From Gnetum montanum (Eukaryota > Plantae > Gnetophyta): 64,000 nt of DNA. The stretch spans positions 628,416 through 692,415 of the forward strand of contig MNCI01001919.1 of the NCBI GenBank assembly GCA_015680685.1, given 5' to 3'. This document shows, piece after piece, positions 12,850 to 27,600 of this stretch. The translations under genes and the position numbers were made by a program. Every line of letters begins with the position of its first letter. Position 1 is the first letter of the stretch. Below the pieces are notes generated by a model. It was not told where the DNA came from and searched no databases. It was given only the letters and a program-made list of their open reading frames with translations.

Positions 12850-15260
12850 GTCTTCATGTCATTCTAGTCCTTGGTGATTCCTCCTATTTTGATATCTTTT
12901 GTGATAGACTGGTAGCTCAATCCTTCATGTGGAAGTAATTGAGAATTTCTTGATACTTCTCTATGTTCATCCATGGATCATCAATGGTCTAAGCTAGGTT
13001 GGCTAGGTGGCAATTATCAAGACCTTCCATGAACATGATAGATTGAAAACACTTTATTTTCTTGAACAAATCATATAGCAAATTATTTATGTTTAACATC
13101 AAACATGTTCATCCTTTATTTGAACTCCTATTACTTTTTCATCCTTTCTACTATGTTCTCTAAAACATCACATTGCCCAATATACTGAACATACAAAACT
13201 TGTAGCTCTACTTGTACTCTTTGTAGATTTCTCTTTATTTTATCTTATAGTTTGTTCTCATGACCAAATAAGGAAAAGATAGCTATATTGTTCTTCTCCA
13301 CTTCACTTTTAGGATGGCCAACTATAAACATGGTAAGATTAACATATCTAAGGTTAGCAAGCTTTGTGTAATGTATGAGTTCCTTGATTCCCAAGTCCTT
13401 GATCTTAACTTTCACATGGTGGATTATAGTTACATCATCAAGAATGTTCTTCTAGATAGTATTAGTTTTTTGTTACAAGATAATAATGATGTTAATATTA
13501 GATGTCCTCATCTTCATCTTATTGATTTTGTTTTGAAGGCTCACCTACTCGTAATTCCATTTGCGTATATCTTTTTTGATGACCTCATTCTTCTAGGATT
13601 CAATTTCAATTATTAACCCCTATTGTAATGTACAAATCTCTATCATGAAGGTTTTTTTCTCTCTTGTTAACCTCTTAATATCCACATCTACGTTTACAAA
13701 TTCCTCATGAAGGTAACTTAGTTGATTTTTCAATTGTTCCTTATCCTTTGCTACTTGTGTCAATCTTTGATTCTTTGTTGTTAATCCCTTGTTTTCTTCC
13801 TCAAACATGACAATGTTTTTTTATAGGACCTAGGCCTTAGCATTAGTATTTGAAGCATCTCTTGTGTCCTTTTATTCAATCTTTAACTAGTATTACTTGG
13901 TGATTAAACATTAGACTTCCTTAGTTCTAAAGTCACTAAGCAACAATAGTGCTACAAACTAAGTTGGATCCTATAGTTAAACATGTATTTGAATCACTTT
14001 ATCCTGCAAATGTTGGATTTTTGATTTTACATGTTGTAGTTGAGTCTTGGTAAGCATAAAATTTTTCTTGATTGAAATCAATTTAAATTGAACTACTGTA
14101 ATATTTTTAGGAAATTCAAAAATATCTTGAGCAGCATAGAATGTTTGTAGAAATCAGTCCAAAGCATCATCGTGCTTAGCTACACTCATTGATTGACTAG
14201 CTTCTCTAGAACTTGCAGGTTCTTGAACATCATGAACGTTGGTAAAATTAGAAATGAAAGCCCAAGTAATATTCAAGGTAGCACTCACCTATTCTGCAAC
14301 ATCCTTTGTATCATTCTCTTAGCCTTCATGAGGCATGATCAAAAGTTTACTCTGATCATCTAATGCAAAGTTGATCTACAATGCTATTACATTCCCAGAG
14401 ATTTGTCTAGCCTAGTCATTCCTTGTCAGTTGTAATGAGATTCTTTCAAATGTTAGGTCGTAGAAGACTTCAGGCTTATCAAAGGATTCACCTAAACACT
14501 ATTGGAAGTCTCTAGTCCTTTATCTTATAGCTTGTGATATCTCCTATAGGTGTCTTATTGATGGAAGATAGACCTCAAGATCCACTACAAGAACATGAGT
14601 GCTTAGCCCTGTATCATATGTTTTTTCTACATGTATGCATTGTGGAACTTCAATGTTGGCAAGTGATTCCAACTAATCTTTTCTTTGTTGGAATAGGCTT
14701 AATAATTTTTGCATATGATGCATTTGAAGCTCTTCTAATCACATCATTCATGTATTTAATTATTCCAACTCACATATAAAGCTTCTTGATAATGCATGGA
14801 AATAGAAGGATGGATCTATCAATTTTCTTCTTCTTGAATCTCCATTACATATCTAGCAAAAGAAGGTGAACCATGTTAGCTGGATACTTTCTACTCAGTA
14901 TAGCACTCCCCTTGTCTTCATATGTTGATATTTTGTTCAAGTGCTTAGTGGGGTAGCTATGATAGATACTTATCTTGAAGTATATGTTATTTGTTGTTAT
15001 CATAGTTGCATAATACTTATTCTTATTTCTATAAACCCTTTCCAACCATAAACATTTGGTGTTAGGATCAACCCTAGTTAAGATCACAATAGTTTATATG
15101 CCCACATTAGGCAATCCTAACACTATAGTAATCTCCTCCACAACATAAGATACTATGACATTTTAAATCTTAACTATAGCATCATTCTGCTTGTTATGCC
15201 AAAATTGGTGTATCTCCCTAAGATACCAATCTCAATTGATCGAGAAGTTAATCAAAATGG
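12850..15260 (-). mobile_element. Degenerate Athila accessory ('env-like') ORF fragment in reverse orientation, without its LTRs
   Basis: ORFs 13620-13808 (EEENKGLTTKNQRLTQV) and 14845-15087 (IYFKISIYHSYPTK) align by eye with ORFs 34394-34798 (EEENKKLVVDNLRLTSV) and 35713-35931 (VYFKIGTYHLFPTK). Confidence 0.85.
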
Positions 15261-15364
15261 AAAATTCTATAGTTGTTCTTGTACCTCCTATGGTACAAAT
15301 TCCAAGAATGATCCAAAATTATGTTTCACTATCATACCAATCATATGACTTTTTCACTTATGCC

Positions 15365-16409
15365 ATAACATGAAATCTAGTTGATAGACCAAAAGGAAAA
15401 AAAATTATTGACTGTAAATGGTTGTATAAGATAAAGTTCAATAAAAAAGACGAAATCATCAAACACAAAGTAAGACTAGTAGCAAGAGGTTTTAGATAAA
15501 AGAATCATATTTACTATGAAGAAATATTTGTACCAGTAGCAAGTTTTGAAATAATAAAACTCATTCTTTCAATAGTAGTCCATCATAATCTAAAGCTACA
15601 TTAAATAGACATTAACTTAGCATTCCTTAATGGGTACATCATTGAAAAATTTTATGTCCAACAACTACAAGAATATACAATTAAAAAAAAACTAGAATGG
15701 AGTTTACAAACTAAAAAAGGCTATTTATGGTTTAAAACAAGCATCTAGAGCATGGTTTCAAGGAATTAATGCTCTCCTCTTAAAGATAAATTATTCATCA
15801 TGCATGTTTAAGCTAATTCTATAGTACAAACATGACAAATATAATTTTATACGAATATATTTTTACATTGATGACATAGTTTTTATTACTATAAATAATA
15901 AATTATTGGAAGAGTTCAAATCAAATATGAAGAATTAATTTAAGATGAAGAACTTGAAGACATAAAATACTTCTTAGGAATTCAAGTTAAATAAGAAAAT
16001 GAGGGCATCAAGGTGCATCAAACTAAGTATGCAAAATTCATTCTAGAAAATACAACATCATTAGAGAAAAGCCAACAAATTCTTCATTATCTCATAACAT
16101 CAAGCTTAAAAGAAAAGATAATACTCCTTTCATTGATGCAAAAATGTATAGAAGTATGATATTATTACTCAAATTTCTTTAGCATACCAAATCTAATTTA
16201 AAATTTTCTACAACTCTCCTTTTATGCTTCATGCAAGAACAAAGGAAATGATATTTCAAATCTTTCATTTTTGTTTTAAAGTATGTTAAAGGGATTGTAG
16301 ATTAAAAATTGAATTATATCAAAGGAGATGAAACATTTCATGCCTATGCAAATGTTGATTAGGGAGGGGAAAGTGATAATAGAAAATCAACCTTAGGGAC
16401 TATCATTTT
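15365..16409 (+). mobile_element. Degenerate Ty1/Copia reverse transcriptase to start of RNase H, interrupted by Athila element 2
   Basis: KKIIDCKWLYKIK, KVRLVARGF, EIFVPVA, AFLNG, LKKAIYGLKQASRAWF, YIDD and RKST motifs with stops and frameshifts. Confidence 0.92.
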
Positions 16410-17317
16410 TGATGAAGCCTCAATGATTGTGTTGATGCATGCCTATCAATGTAGCCGCATTGATGCACCCCCATTGATGTATCATTTGATGCATTTTTGC
16501 ATATGCATTGATAAATCCTATATAAGTGTGCATACTAGTTGCATTTATTACACCTTTGGTCATTCCTCTAACAAAGCTCTTACCATTTTCTTTCATAGGA
16601 CTCAGGAAAATTTTTCTCTAAGTTCCCATAGCATGGATTGAAATGACTGTATGGAGTATTATTTAAGTGAAAGATGTACCTAAATATGTTTTCATGATAG
16701 AAATAAAATCAAGCTTTCTTCTCTCCATTGCAGCACTTGGATTAGCATCCAATTTACTTACTAGGATTTTACCTTACATGCATTTTACTTTTCTATACTT
16801 AAGTGTTTAATAGTTTATTTCATAGTAATATGAGGACAACCACTTTGATCATAATATAATAATGCTTAGTAATCCCAATAGTAAATACTTGGTATGCCTA
16901 ATACTAAACACTTGGTAATCCAATGGTATTAGTATAAGTTCAAGATGTGTACAAAAAGTGGGAATGAATGCTCTACATTTAGGATAGTTTAGTTTACCTC
17001 TAGTTCCATTAATTAGGTAAAGTTTAATATTTTAATTACTTCATCTCTTAATACTTGTAAAGATCAAAAATCATAAATACAAATATACTTGTAAAGATCA
17101 AAAATCATAAATACAAATATCTTACACCTTAATCACATTTAACCATATAGACAAAACTAATATAAGTGATGATTAAAAAATAACAATTAGTAACCTCATG
17201 TTTAACTATCTAGGATAAAGGCCACTAAGATATAAGGAGTCCACAAAATTCAACTAGATCATGTAGACATACTTCTAATTTATATGGTTAGGTAAAGGGA
17301 CTACTCACTACTCATCA
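16410..17317 (+). mobile_element. 5' LTR of Athila-like element 2 (the element continues past the window end)
   Basis: TGATG...CTCATCA ends; CCTATATAAG at ~16517. Followed by a decayed tRNA-Asp-type PBS TTAGCATCATTGCCAAG (17318-17334). Internal 34-bp tandem duplication at 17051-17118. Confidence 0.85.
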
Positions 17318-17459
17318 TTAGCATCATTGCCAAGAACACCTTTTAGTTATTGTGTGCTAAGTGTTATAAATAGTTAAATCATACAAAGATTATTGTAAAA
17401 GTATAACATATAATTATTAGAAAAATCATAATATTTTATTTAAGGCACACTACAAAAAG

Positions 17460-20400
17460 AACAAATTAAAAATCTCTTCTTCTCATAGGGTTGATTCTTC
17501 ACCTGTTGATGATCTTAACAAACAACATGACAAGAAAATAAGAAATGATGATGATATGCCTCAATAATTGAAGGTTATCTATGTCCATCTAAATTCTTAT
17601 TATTCATATTTCACTTTCATCCTTTACCAATATGAGTAACTATGTTGGAGAGACTTGGAGTGTAATGTCATGTTACCACCTAATCATGCTATTACTTCAC
17701 TGTTCATGGTATCACTAATGAAGATGGGGCATAAACCTACAGCCATAGAATACCAAGTAACAGAACACCTCTATAGAGAGTATCAATCAATGGAAAACTA
17801 GATTAAAAAGGATAAACTCATGAAAGTACACCATGAAGCCTCTAAGGGTAAGAAAGTTCTAAATTCTTTGACCTCATAGTCAGAAAATGAGGATAATGAA
17901 ATTCCATTAGGGTAATCTTAGCACTAGGGTCCTTCATCTTTTGGTAAGAATAATGCAACCCATCAGTGGTTACATTCAACCTTGGCAAGCAATCAAGGTA
18001 ATGAAAGACTTGGTCCCAAAACTAGGTGAACCTCAAGGCCAAGGTTCCTTAGCCATTCACCAAAAGAACAACCAAGAGACTAAAGAAGGAGAGCAAGCCA
18101 GCATAACTCTCCTAGTCTTCCATCCTTATCATCCTCCTCATCTTCAAGATCTAACAAGAAGGAATGTTATTGAGACTAAAGAAGAAATGATTGAGATCAA
18201 GATGGAGATGATACAAGACCCCATCATAGAGATGGTAAAAGAAAACATAGACATTGACAAGAAGAGGAGGAGCATCATCAAGAAAGAAGGCATAGTAGGC
18301 CACATCAAAAGAGATATGATCATGATAGGGACCATCATGAATATGATAACTATGATCAACCATTGCTTACTACTAGTAATATGATAAACATCTTAGAGGT
18401 AATTCATATTTCTACTAGGTATCAAAGGGATAGCTAGATTAAGCAACTTGATATGAATAACACCTTTAAATTTGAGGGAGGCTACAATGCTAATTTGCAA
18501 CATTATTTACAATCCTTTCACAATGCCTATTCCTTGAAAAACATTGAGAATAACTAGTAGAAGCTCAAACTATTCCCTAGGATACTCATTAAAGAAGCTG
18601 AAAGTTAGTATTGGTCTTTAGAAATGGAATTTATCCATAGATGAAAGTACAATATTGAAGCTATTCAATGACAAATATCAAACATACTCTAGGGTGTAAA
18701 ACTTGATAAAATAGATTTAAGGATGAAAGCAAAGTAATCATAAATCCCTTAATGCATCCTTGGAAAGGTACTATTCTTTGTTCCACTATTTTCCAAGCCA
18801 TTGTTTCTCTTAAAGAAAGTAGCTTTGCCATATAATAGATGGACTTGGAAATAAAACTAAAGAGACTCTTGGAGTTTATGCCTAAGAAAAATTGTTTAAA
18901 ATGAAAGAACATAGGATACAAAGGTTCATTGATCAAGTGGCAAAAGAAGGAGAGCTGAAAAAAGAAAATGTGCAAAGAAGTATAATAGAAATCCCTCCAT
19001 TCACAAAAGGGAGATACATCTCCATGATTTTGAGGAGGAAGCACTACTAGAGGAGGTTGCACAAAGAAAAACTTTTCCAATTCAAAAATCTATCAAAAGA
19101 TATTAGTCAAGGTGGATAAAATATGGGACTTGTTGAATGAAAAGTTCCAAACTACTCTTAAAATGGTAAAGAGGAAAATAGAATAGGAGAATAAGAATAA
19201 AGATAAAAGAAAGAAAAAATATGACTAAAGAACTAACATCCATAGAAAACTAAGGCTATAGTAGTTAATAAGATTATAGATTTTGATACAGAAGATGAAG
19301 GATATGATCTGCCAATATGAAAATTCCAAGAGATGTTTTCTAGTGCTATCACACTTGTAAAAATGTAGGATCTATACCTTAAAACTAAAGCATACTATAA
19401 GGTAACTACCCAAGAGATTACCTTATCCACAAGGTAATTATCAGTAACAGTTCCATTAACAACAATATTATCCAAGTGGAATGTTTTCTCAACCTCAAGA
19501 CTATTATCAACAATGGAAAATTCATAGTTTTGGGTGATACCATCATAAAAGTTAAAAATTTTTTTAACACAAACCTGATCAATATGGATACTTTGTCCAA
19601 TAGCCTATGTCTCTAAGTGAATCTATAAGCAATACTTCTTCTTCTCATCACTACTATAATCTTGAATATCACAAGTCTATCACTCCATAAACTAAATCTT
19701 CTTTTGCTTATACTTCTCATTATTCATAGTAATACTCTCTACCTCACACCTCCACTCCTTTTCCATCTACATCATCTATGCAAGCTAAGATGCCATTGCA
19801 CCCTCAACAGTGTAATGCCATGTAGGCCACACATTTATAGTCATATAATAATTCAAGTGGTTGTAAGTGTAAACCTTAAAAAAGGACTTTCTTTAGATCC
19901 AACAGTCTACCTAAATCACCGTAGGCATTTGTAGTTGTAGATCCTTCTCAAGCTACCCCAAGGACATCTATCAAGCCACCTTCAAATCAAAAATCATAAA
20001 ATGTTCATACTATCATGCTAACTTATGTAGACACAAGCGAGATAAAGGTATGACATATTTACAAGAAGAGAACTAATCTTGAAAGTCCTCTATATTTATA
20101 GATTGTAGGGAATGATCCATGCAAAGATTTATTAGATTCATGTATTAGTGTAAACTTAATTTCTCATGAAATTTACAAACCATAACACCTACCTTCACTT
20201 AAGAAATGTACTATTAGGTTAGAGCTTATAGACCAGTTCATTACTATTCCATTGGAATTGGTAGAGGACATTGTGATCACTATTTCTAGATGGTTATATC
20301 CAATGAACTTCTTAGTAATCCATGTGCACAACTACAAAGGGGATTTTCTAATCATTATGGGAAGGGCTTGGCTTAGTACATTTGATGCTAAGTTAGGAAT

Positions 20401-21643
20401 CAAAGATCTCTTAAAAATTTTCAATGAAAATGAATTTGGTAAGATTGAGAAGAAGATGGTTCCATGCATTATGTATAGTAACACAAGGTACCATTGCATG
20501 CAAAAAATATGAATTATAAAGATCACATCTATTATAGCATCGAAGAATTATGCTAAAACCATGAACATCCAAAGGTGCTAGTATGCAGTAGCCACAAAAT
20601 ATGAAGGTACCTTATGGCTAACTACAAATTATAGCCCTAGTTCCATAATGTTCATGGAACTAGTAGAAATCCTCACAAATACCTATATATACAAGATGTA
20701 GCAAATCTGGAGCCAAATATTTGAACATATAAAAAATAAGTAGAAATAGATTGGAAAGAGTTGGAAATCCTTAATGCTTCTAAACAAGAGCCCTTGAAAC
20801 CAAAATACTTAGCAACATCTCTAAAATATGTATTCTTGAATAATAAGAAGCCAGTAATCATCAATGTCTAACTTACTAACAAAAAAAATGGAAAGCTACT
20901 AGAGGTAGTTAACAAATGGTCAATAGCCTTTACTTGGTCATATGATGAATTAACAATAATAGATAACACATATGCTAGTATGAAATCTATACAAAACCCA
21001 CCATCAAACCCAAGAGATAACTACAAATAAGATTGAATCCAAAATTAAAACAAGTTATAAAAAATAAAGTTGAGAAAATTCTAAAGGCTGGATTCATTTA
21101 TCTAGTGGTAGATAGTAAGTGGGTAAGCTCATTCATTATTGTACTAAATAAAGGTACATAATAAAGAGTCTATATTAACTTTATGCTATTAAACATGGCT
21201 ACATTCAATGATCATTTTCTACTACCATTTGTGGACCAATCTTTGGATACAATTATAGGACACAACTATCATAGTTTTTAGGATGGGTATAGTGGATATA
21301 ATCAAATACAAATCTTCCTAGAAGACTAGGTTAAAACAACTTTCACAAGTTCTTGGAGGATTTTCCTATACAAAAAGATACCTTTGGCCTATGTAATGAT
21401 CCTACAACTTTCTAGCATGTATTTCCAAGTATCTTCAAGAAGTATATTAGTAGTGATGTGATAGTTTTCATGGATGACTTCTTGTCCTATGGTGCTAATT
21501 TTGAATAAGCATTGGACCATCTTAAGTAAGTACTAAAATGATGTATGAAGACAAACCTACAGCTCAATTGGGAAAAGAGCCATTTGATGATTTAATAGAG
21601 CATTATCTTAGGGCATAAAATTTTACGGAAGGAAATTCAAGTA
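17460..21643 (+). mobile_element. Athila-like element 2 gag-protease-RT (degenerate), part 1
   Basis: gag KLKLFPR, Pro-rich linker, protease LLDSCISVNLI and IIMGRAWLST, RT LKAGFIYLVVDSKWVS, DHFLLPFVDQ, DGYSGYNQIQI, VFMDDF. Confidence 0.92.
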
Positions 21644-24600
21644 TGTTGACCTTTTGGTATGTCAAAACCTTAAAGAAAATGGAGAATATAGAATGTATGT
21701 GTGTGATTGTAATCTTGTAGGGCATGAACAGGAACTTCATAAAGAGTTTTGAAAACTCATTGAAGTGAGATCTTCATTAAGATGTCAAAATGAAGACTAC
21801 ATGGGCATGCTAAGATCATGAATGAAAATGAACTCTACAAATGAAATGAAGATGCTCTAGGACTATTGAGAAGATAAATTGATAAGAGAATGACTTAGAC
21901 ATCAAAGTTCAAATGTTTAGTAGACATCAAAGAAAAATAGTAAACATCTATCCTCCACAGTAGATGTCTTACTTTCCAAGTAAACATCTCATCGACATTA
22001 ATGGTAATCTCATGTAGAGGTATAAACTTTGAAGTAGACATCTACACTAGTTGTTTGATAGCTATTACATGCATTTTGAGGGGTTTTCGGAAACTTTGAG
22101 GCTATAACATGATGTTAAAATATTGGGATTATGCAAGCACCATTCACACAAAAGTTCTTTATAATCTATTCTAAGAAATTTTATTCTTATCCTTCATTGT
22201 AACATCATTTGATTGATTGTAATTATACTAAGCTTCAAGTACAAGGATCTAGAAATTTAGTTACATTTTTAAATTGTTCTTTTCTTTCTTTCCTATAACC
22301 CTATAAGGTTGATGTGCTTCTTATGAGAAGACATCCTTGTTGAGCTTGTCGAGATCCTACATGTTTGAGTGATTTTGCAACTTCAAAACACTCTAGAGTG
22401 GAGTTCAATTTTGTAAAGGTTGTGGGATCCTCTAAATCACATTTTGAGCTTATTGAGACCTTGCTACATTAAGTGGCTTTGTAGAAATGAAACACTCTAG
22501 AACGGAATCAAAGCTCATATAGGGAGTGGTATCCTTCAGACCACATTTTTTAAGAAATAAAGACTAGAGGTATGCATGGATTCTACGCTCTAAGTGCAAA
22601 TTTATCCAAGTTTGGCAACCACATAAAATTTGGTGTGTTTTTATGGCTAGTGTAATTTTAATTGGGAAACTTATTCAAGCCTCCTAAGTTCTTGATCCAA
22701 AAGTGGTATTAAAGTCTGGTGCTTTCAAGTTCGTGCTACAAATTTCAAGAGTGAACAATGCAAGGAACATTTTGGGTAAATCCACCAATGTTCAACGGGT
22801 TTGACTTTGCATATTAGAAGGCAATGATGCAAGGCTTCTTTGAGTCCATAGCATTTTAAGTATGGGAGTCAATCCTTGAAGGCTATACATTGCCCATTGA
22901 TAGCACCTCAAAAGTTCTCAAGTCAGAAAACAAATGGACAACTAAATAAAAACATAAGTTTATGTATGATTCTAAAGCAAAATATTGTTTATATTTTGCA
23001 TTAAATAAATCTGAATTTAATAGAATAGTTGGATGTAAGACTATGAAGGAAATTTGGAAAACCTTAAAGGCTACATATGAGGGCACATATATAGTTAAAA
23101 AATCAAGACTTTTAATTTTGCAAAGTGAATATGACAAACTTAAAATGAAGGAAGGTGAAAAGATTAAGGATTACTTCTCTAGGACAAATGATCTTATTGT
23201 AGCAATTAGAGGTATAGGCAAGGACTTTCCTAAAAGCAATGTAATTATAAAAATTATTAGAACACTATAACCTTAATTAAAACCTAAGATCACAGCTATG
23301 GAAGAAATCAGAGATTTTTCAGTCCTTAAATTTGAGAAGATTCAAAGTGCTCTAATTGCTTATGAGATGAATCTTGTAAGTGAAGAATCAATTAAGGAAA
23401 ATCCTATTGCTCTAAAATTAGCATCAAAATAAAAGGAGTAGCTTGAATAAGAGATGAATAGTGAAGATGAAATAGCTCTTCTATCAAGAAGAGTTCAAAG
23501 ACTCCTTGCAAGGAAAAGAAAAAGCTTCAACCCACCAAGATGAAATCAATCCAAAGGTAAGAAAAAAGGTAAAAATTCTATGAATTTAAATCTTGATGCA
23601 TTTTCCATATAATTTTGAGTATGTGATGGAAGAGGCCATGTGGCCTCCAAATGTCCTAGCACTCATGGGTTGTAATGAAGAGATAAGATTGAAGTAGATA
23701 CAAAAAAGACAAACTTATACACAAGCTAGGATGACGGAGAACAAAGTAGAGAAGAGGTCAATGACACTACAAAAGACTCACAACTCATATGTATGGCCCT
23801 CAACAAGGAATATTCATCAAAAATATTTGATGAATTAAGCAATAAACATGATGAAAGGTATAGTGAGTTACATGAAGAAATTTTTGTTTTACATGATCTA
23901 CTTAGAAAGGTAAAGAAAAATATGCATAGAAAATTTTCTAAAATCTATACCTTATCCTCCAAGTTAAAAAAGGAAATCTTAGACATAAAAGGTGAGATTC
24001 AACTACTAATCCCTTTAAATGAAAAGAAATGCAGGGATACTCAACAAGAAAGGATTCGTAAAAATAAGGAAAAGTTTCAAAATTAGCATATAAATGAAAT
24101 CTTGGTTGAAACCTCTCAAGAGGATATCTATACTAGTTTAGTCTCAAACAAAATCAAGTTTGATGACTCTATGCATGAAGGAAACTCTTTATATTTCTAT
24201 AAAAACTAATGATTGTTGAACTTAGAAGAGGGGGATGAATAAGTTTCCTAAACAAAAATTTAACATCCACAAATTTCACACTCAATTTTTACATGGTTCT
24301 CCAACTTGGGTACTCCATACTCTAAGGGTATATTTCTTGCACATCTCTAAACTTTGTTTTTCTGAAATGTGGTTTGAAGGGTACCACACCCTATACAATC
24401 TCTAAGCTCTACTTTAGAGTGTTTTTTCACTACAAAACCACTGAACCTGATAAGGTCCCAACAAGCTTAGAAAGTGATTTAAAGGATTGCACAACCTTTA
24501 CAAAATGAGCTCCACTCCAAAGTATTTTGATGTTGCACAAACTCTCAATCCCATAGGATCCAGACAAGCTCAATGATGATGCCTTCTCATAAGAAGCACA

Positions 24601-27600
24601 TCAATCCCAACAAGGCAAGAGAAAAAAAATTACAAGGAAAGAATTTAACTCAATTATATGCCCTTGTATTTTAAAGCACAATTCACAATTCAACAACCAA
24701 ACAAGAAAATTATTTGACAAAGAAGTACACAAATGAAATATATAATAATGACAATTGACATTCAATTCCTACACTTTTCCCAAGGGAATGAAGTCTTCTT
24801 ATAGTCTTAGAGTTTTTGAAAATGCCTCAAAATTTTTGTGATAGCTATTTAATGGCTAGTGTAGATGTCTCCTTCAAGAATAGAATGTTTCTCTAAAATT
24901 GACTTTAATTCTAGGAAGACACCTCTCCTATAAATGAGACATCTTTATGGAGACATTTCTATTGAGGTGTCTTCTCTTGATAGGAGATGTCTTCTATTTC
25001 TAAGAGATATATTTTGTGTAGGTGCTCCACTTCAACCAAGGCATCTTCTGCTTTTGAGAGATGTCTTCTCAATTTTTTAACCTTGATTCTCAAAGCTTCC
25101 TCTCAATCACTGAAGCATCTTCATTTCACTTAAAGCCTTCATATTCATTCATGCTCCCTTGTGTCCTACTAGTCTTTGCTGGTGAAGTCTCTAACTTAAA
25201 TATTTTATTCTAGTTCTATTTCAAGTCTTTTACTTGAATATTTTGTTGTAGTTATTATCTTATTAAGTACCTAAAAACACATTACATTCCACAACATTTT
25301 ATGTTATTCATTTTCCTTAAGGTTTTGACAAACCAAAAGGCCAACAAAAATTTTATTCATAAACAAGTTTATTATTCTCATATAGAACAATATAATGTAA
25401 ATACTTGGTCTTGTCAAAAAAAGCATAGTAAGAGTATCTTGTAGGATTTAATAACTTTGGAAAATAATGAGCAAAAGGTTGAAGAAACCTCTAAAAGATT
25501 GAATGAATCTAAACTAATAATTATCAAAATTTGGGAATCCTCCTATATTGAGGAACATGAATATGGACAAGAAGGGATCCCATACAAGGTTAAGGACACT
25601 AACAAAAGAGTGAATGAGAGAAAATCTAATAGTAAGAAGCTACATTATGATATAGGGTCTCATCTCAAATTTCATTAGTCATTCTCATATTAGAAAATAA
25701 GGTAAGTCATGGTATGTCTTTATTTCCTTTCTTGCTAGATTTAATATAGGCTAGTTTTTGAAATTTTTTTTTGATAAATTTTATATACATATATTTTATG
25801 GATTCTATATTCATCAAATAAAATATATCTTAATCATCTAATGCATGATACCATAGAAAAAGGGTTTCAAAGAAAGATCAAGGTAGTCTAATTATCTCTC
25901 ATATTATCTTATGAATTATTTAGCTATTTACATGTCCTTAAAAAGCTTCATGATTGAAGAAACTCTATATTTGAGAAACAAAAGAAAGGCATTGCATCTA
26001 TGTTAAAAATTGTTCTATCCTTTATCATAAGATAACACCAACATGAGAAATTGGTTCTAGCACTGTAGAAAAATGACAAAATGAGGCATGACTGGATGAT
26101 CAAGTAATACAAAAATTAATGATTGTTATGATTTGTGCCTACTAATTTTCTCTAATGTTTTTGCCTTTTTTTTATAGAAACATTACTGGTTCATTCTATA
26201 TTCTTGAATAATCAAGATTGTGATCAAATAGTTGCATATCTTAAAAGAGTTAAAGAAGAGATTGGCGTTCTCCTTACAACTAATGAATTCAGAAAGTAAG
26301 GCACATATGTAGGGTGAGCTTGTATCTCATGGTTTATCTTGAAGCATCAATATAGGGGGAGTCTATGGAGACTTTCTCTGAGACATGATACTTAGTGATG
26401 AATCTCTAATAAGCAACAAAATGTATATTCATCTAGTAAAAACTAAAAGGTAAAAGAGCAAGTTATTTTTAAGCCAATCCTTATAGGTAATCATCAATTT
26501 TACAACCTTTTGGAATTTATTTGAATATATCTCTATTATAGTACTACATCATTTATATATTGAGAATGTATTCTTTTAAATACTTAAGTCCCTTATTGTT
26601 GATATGGGTTGAAAAATTCTTACCTAGGAGATTTCAAACATACTAAAGTAAGTAAAATTACTCACACTTTCCTTTGAAAAAGCTTCTTAGAGAATTTTGA
26701 AAATCAATTAATGAGATATTTTAAGCTTCCTTGAGATATACATGGTTAATGGGAACATCTTGATTATAAATTTCTTTATTTGATCTCTTGATCTAGTTTT
26801 GGAATTTAATCTATTTCTTAAAAGTTGGGTGTGTATGTACTTATTCTCCTTAACATGAAATTACTGTGTCTATATTCTAAATATGAAAATGTGATGAAAA
26901 AAATATAATGAACTTTTACTTAAATGAAGACTATATAATATATCTTGATGTTATCCTTAACAATCTTTTGATCGATCTAATTTTTAATCTTTTATTCTTA
27001 TACCTTATTGTAAGGCCCAAGTCACTTTTTGATGATGTTCAAAAAGGGGGAGAATTTTATGACTTATGATATGATTGTGACATAATGTATCATGGGAAAC
27101 ATGGGCATTGAACAATAATTATGACCTTATGATGGTATTTATGCTTATTGATGCCTTCTAGTGAATGGTATAAAGATAAGATATTCAATACTCATTTCTT
27201 AGTTCTTGATCATAAATGACCTTATTAAAAGTTCACAAGTGTATCCTAATGATTAATGGATTTTATGTTGTATTAATGATGCATATTTACATATTCCTTC
27301 ATCTCTCATCATTATTAGCTCAATCAATTTTTGGAATATACTAACCCATTTTCCTAAGTTTTCACCAAAAAGGAAGAGATTTTTGAACTTTTGTTATGTC
27401 AAAACCTTAAGAAAAATGGAGAATATAGAATGTATGTATGTGATTGTCATCTTTCAAGGCATGAATAAGAACTTCAAAAAGATATATGAGAACTCAAGGA
27501 AATAAGATCTTCATCAAAATGTCAAAACGAAGACTACATGGGCAAGATGAGAGCATCAATGAAAACAAAGTCTACAAATCAAATGAAGATGCTCTAAGGA

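Noticed and set aside
17941-18384. 147-aa Ile/Met-rich ORF and overlapping antisense ORFs as novel genes
   Set aside because: Off-frame readings of the low-complexity Arg/His/Asp-rich N-terminal region of Athila gag.
22330-22545. ~100-bp degenerate repeats (GAGCTTGTT...AAACACTCTAGA) that look like a repeat-spacer array
   Set aside because: They are internal tandem repeats present in the SIRE-like LTR copies; the context is eukaryotic, with no unique spacers or cas genes.
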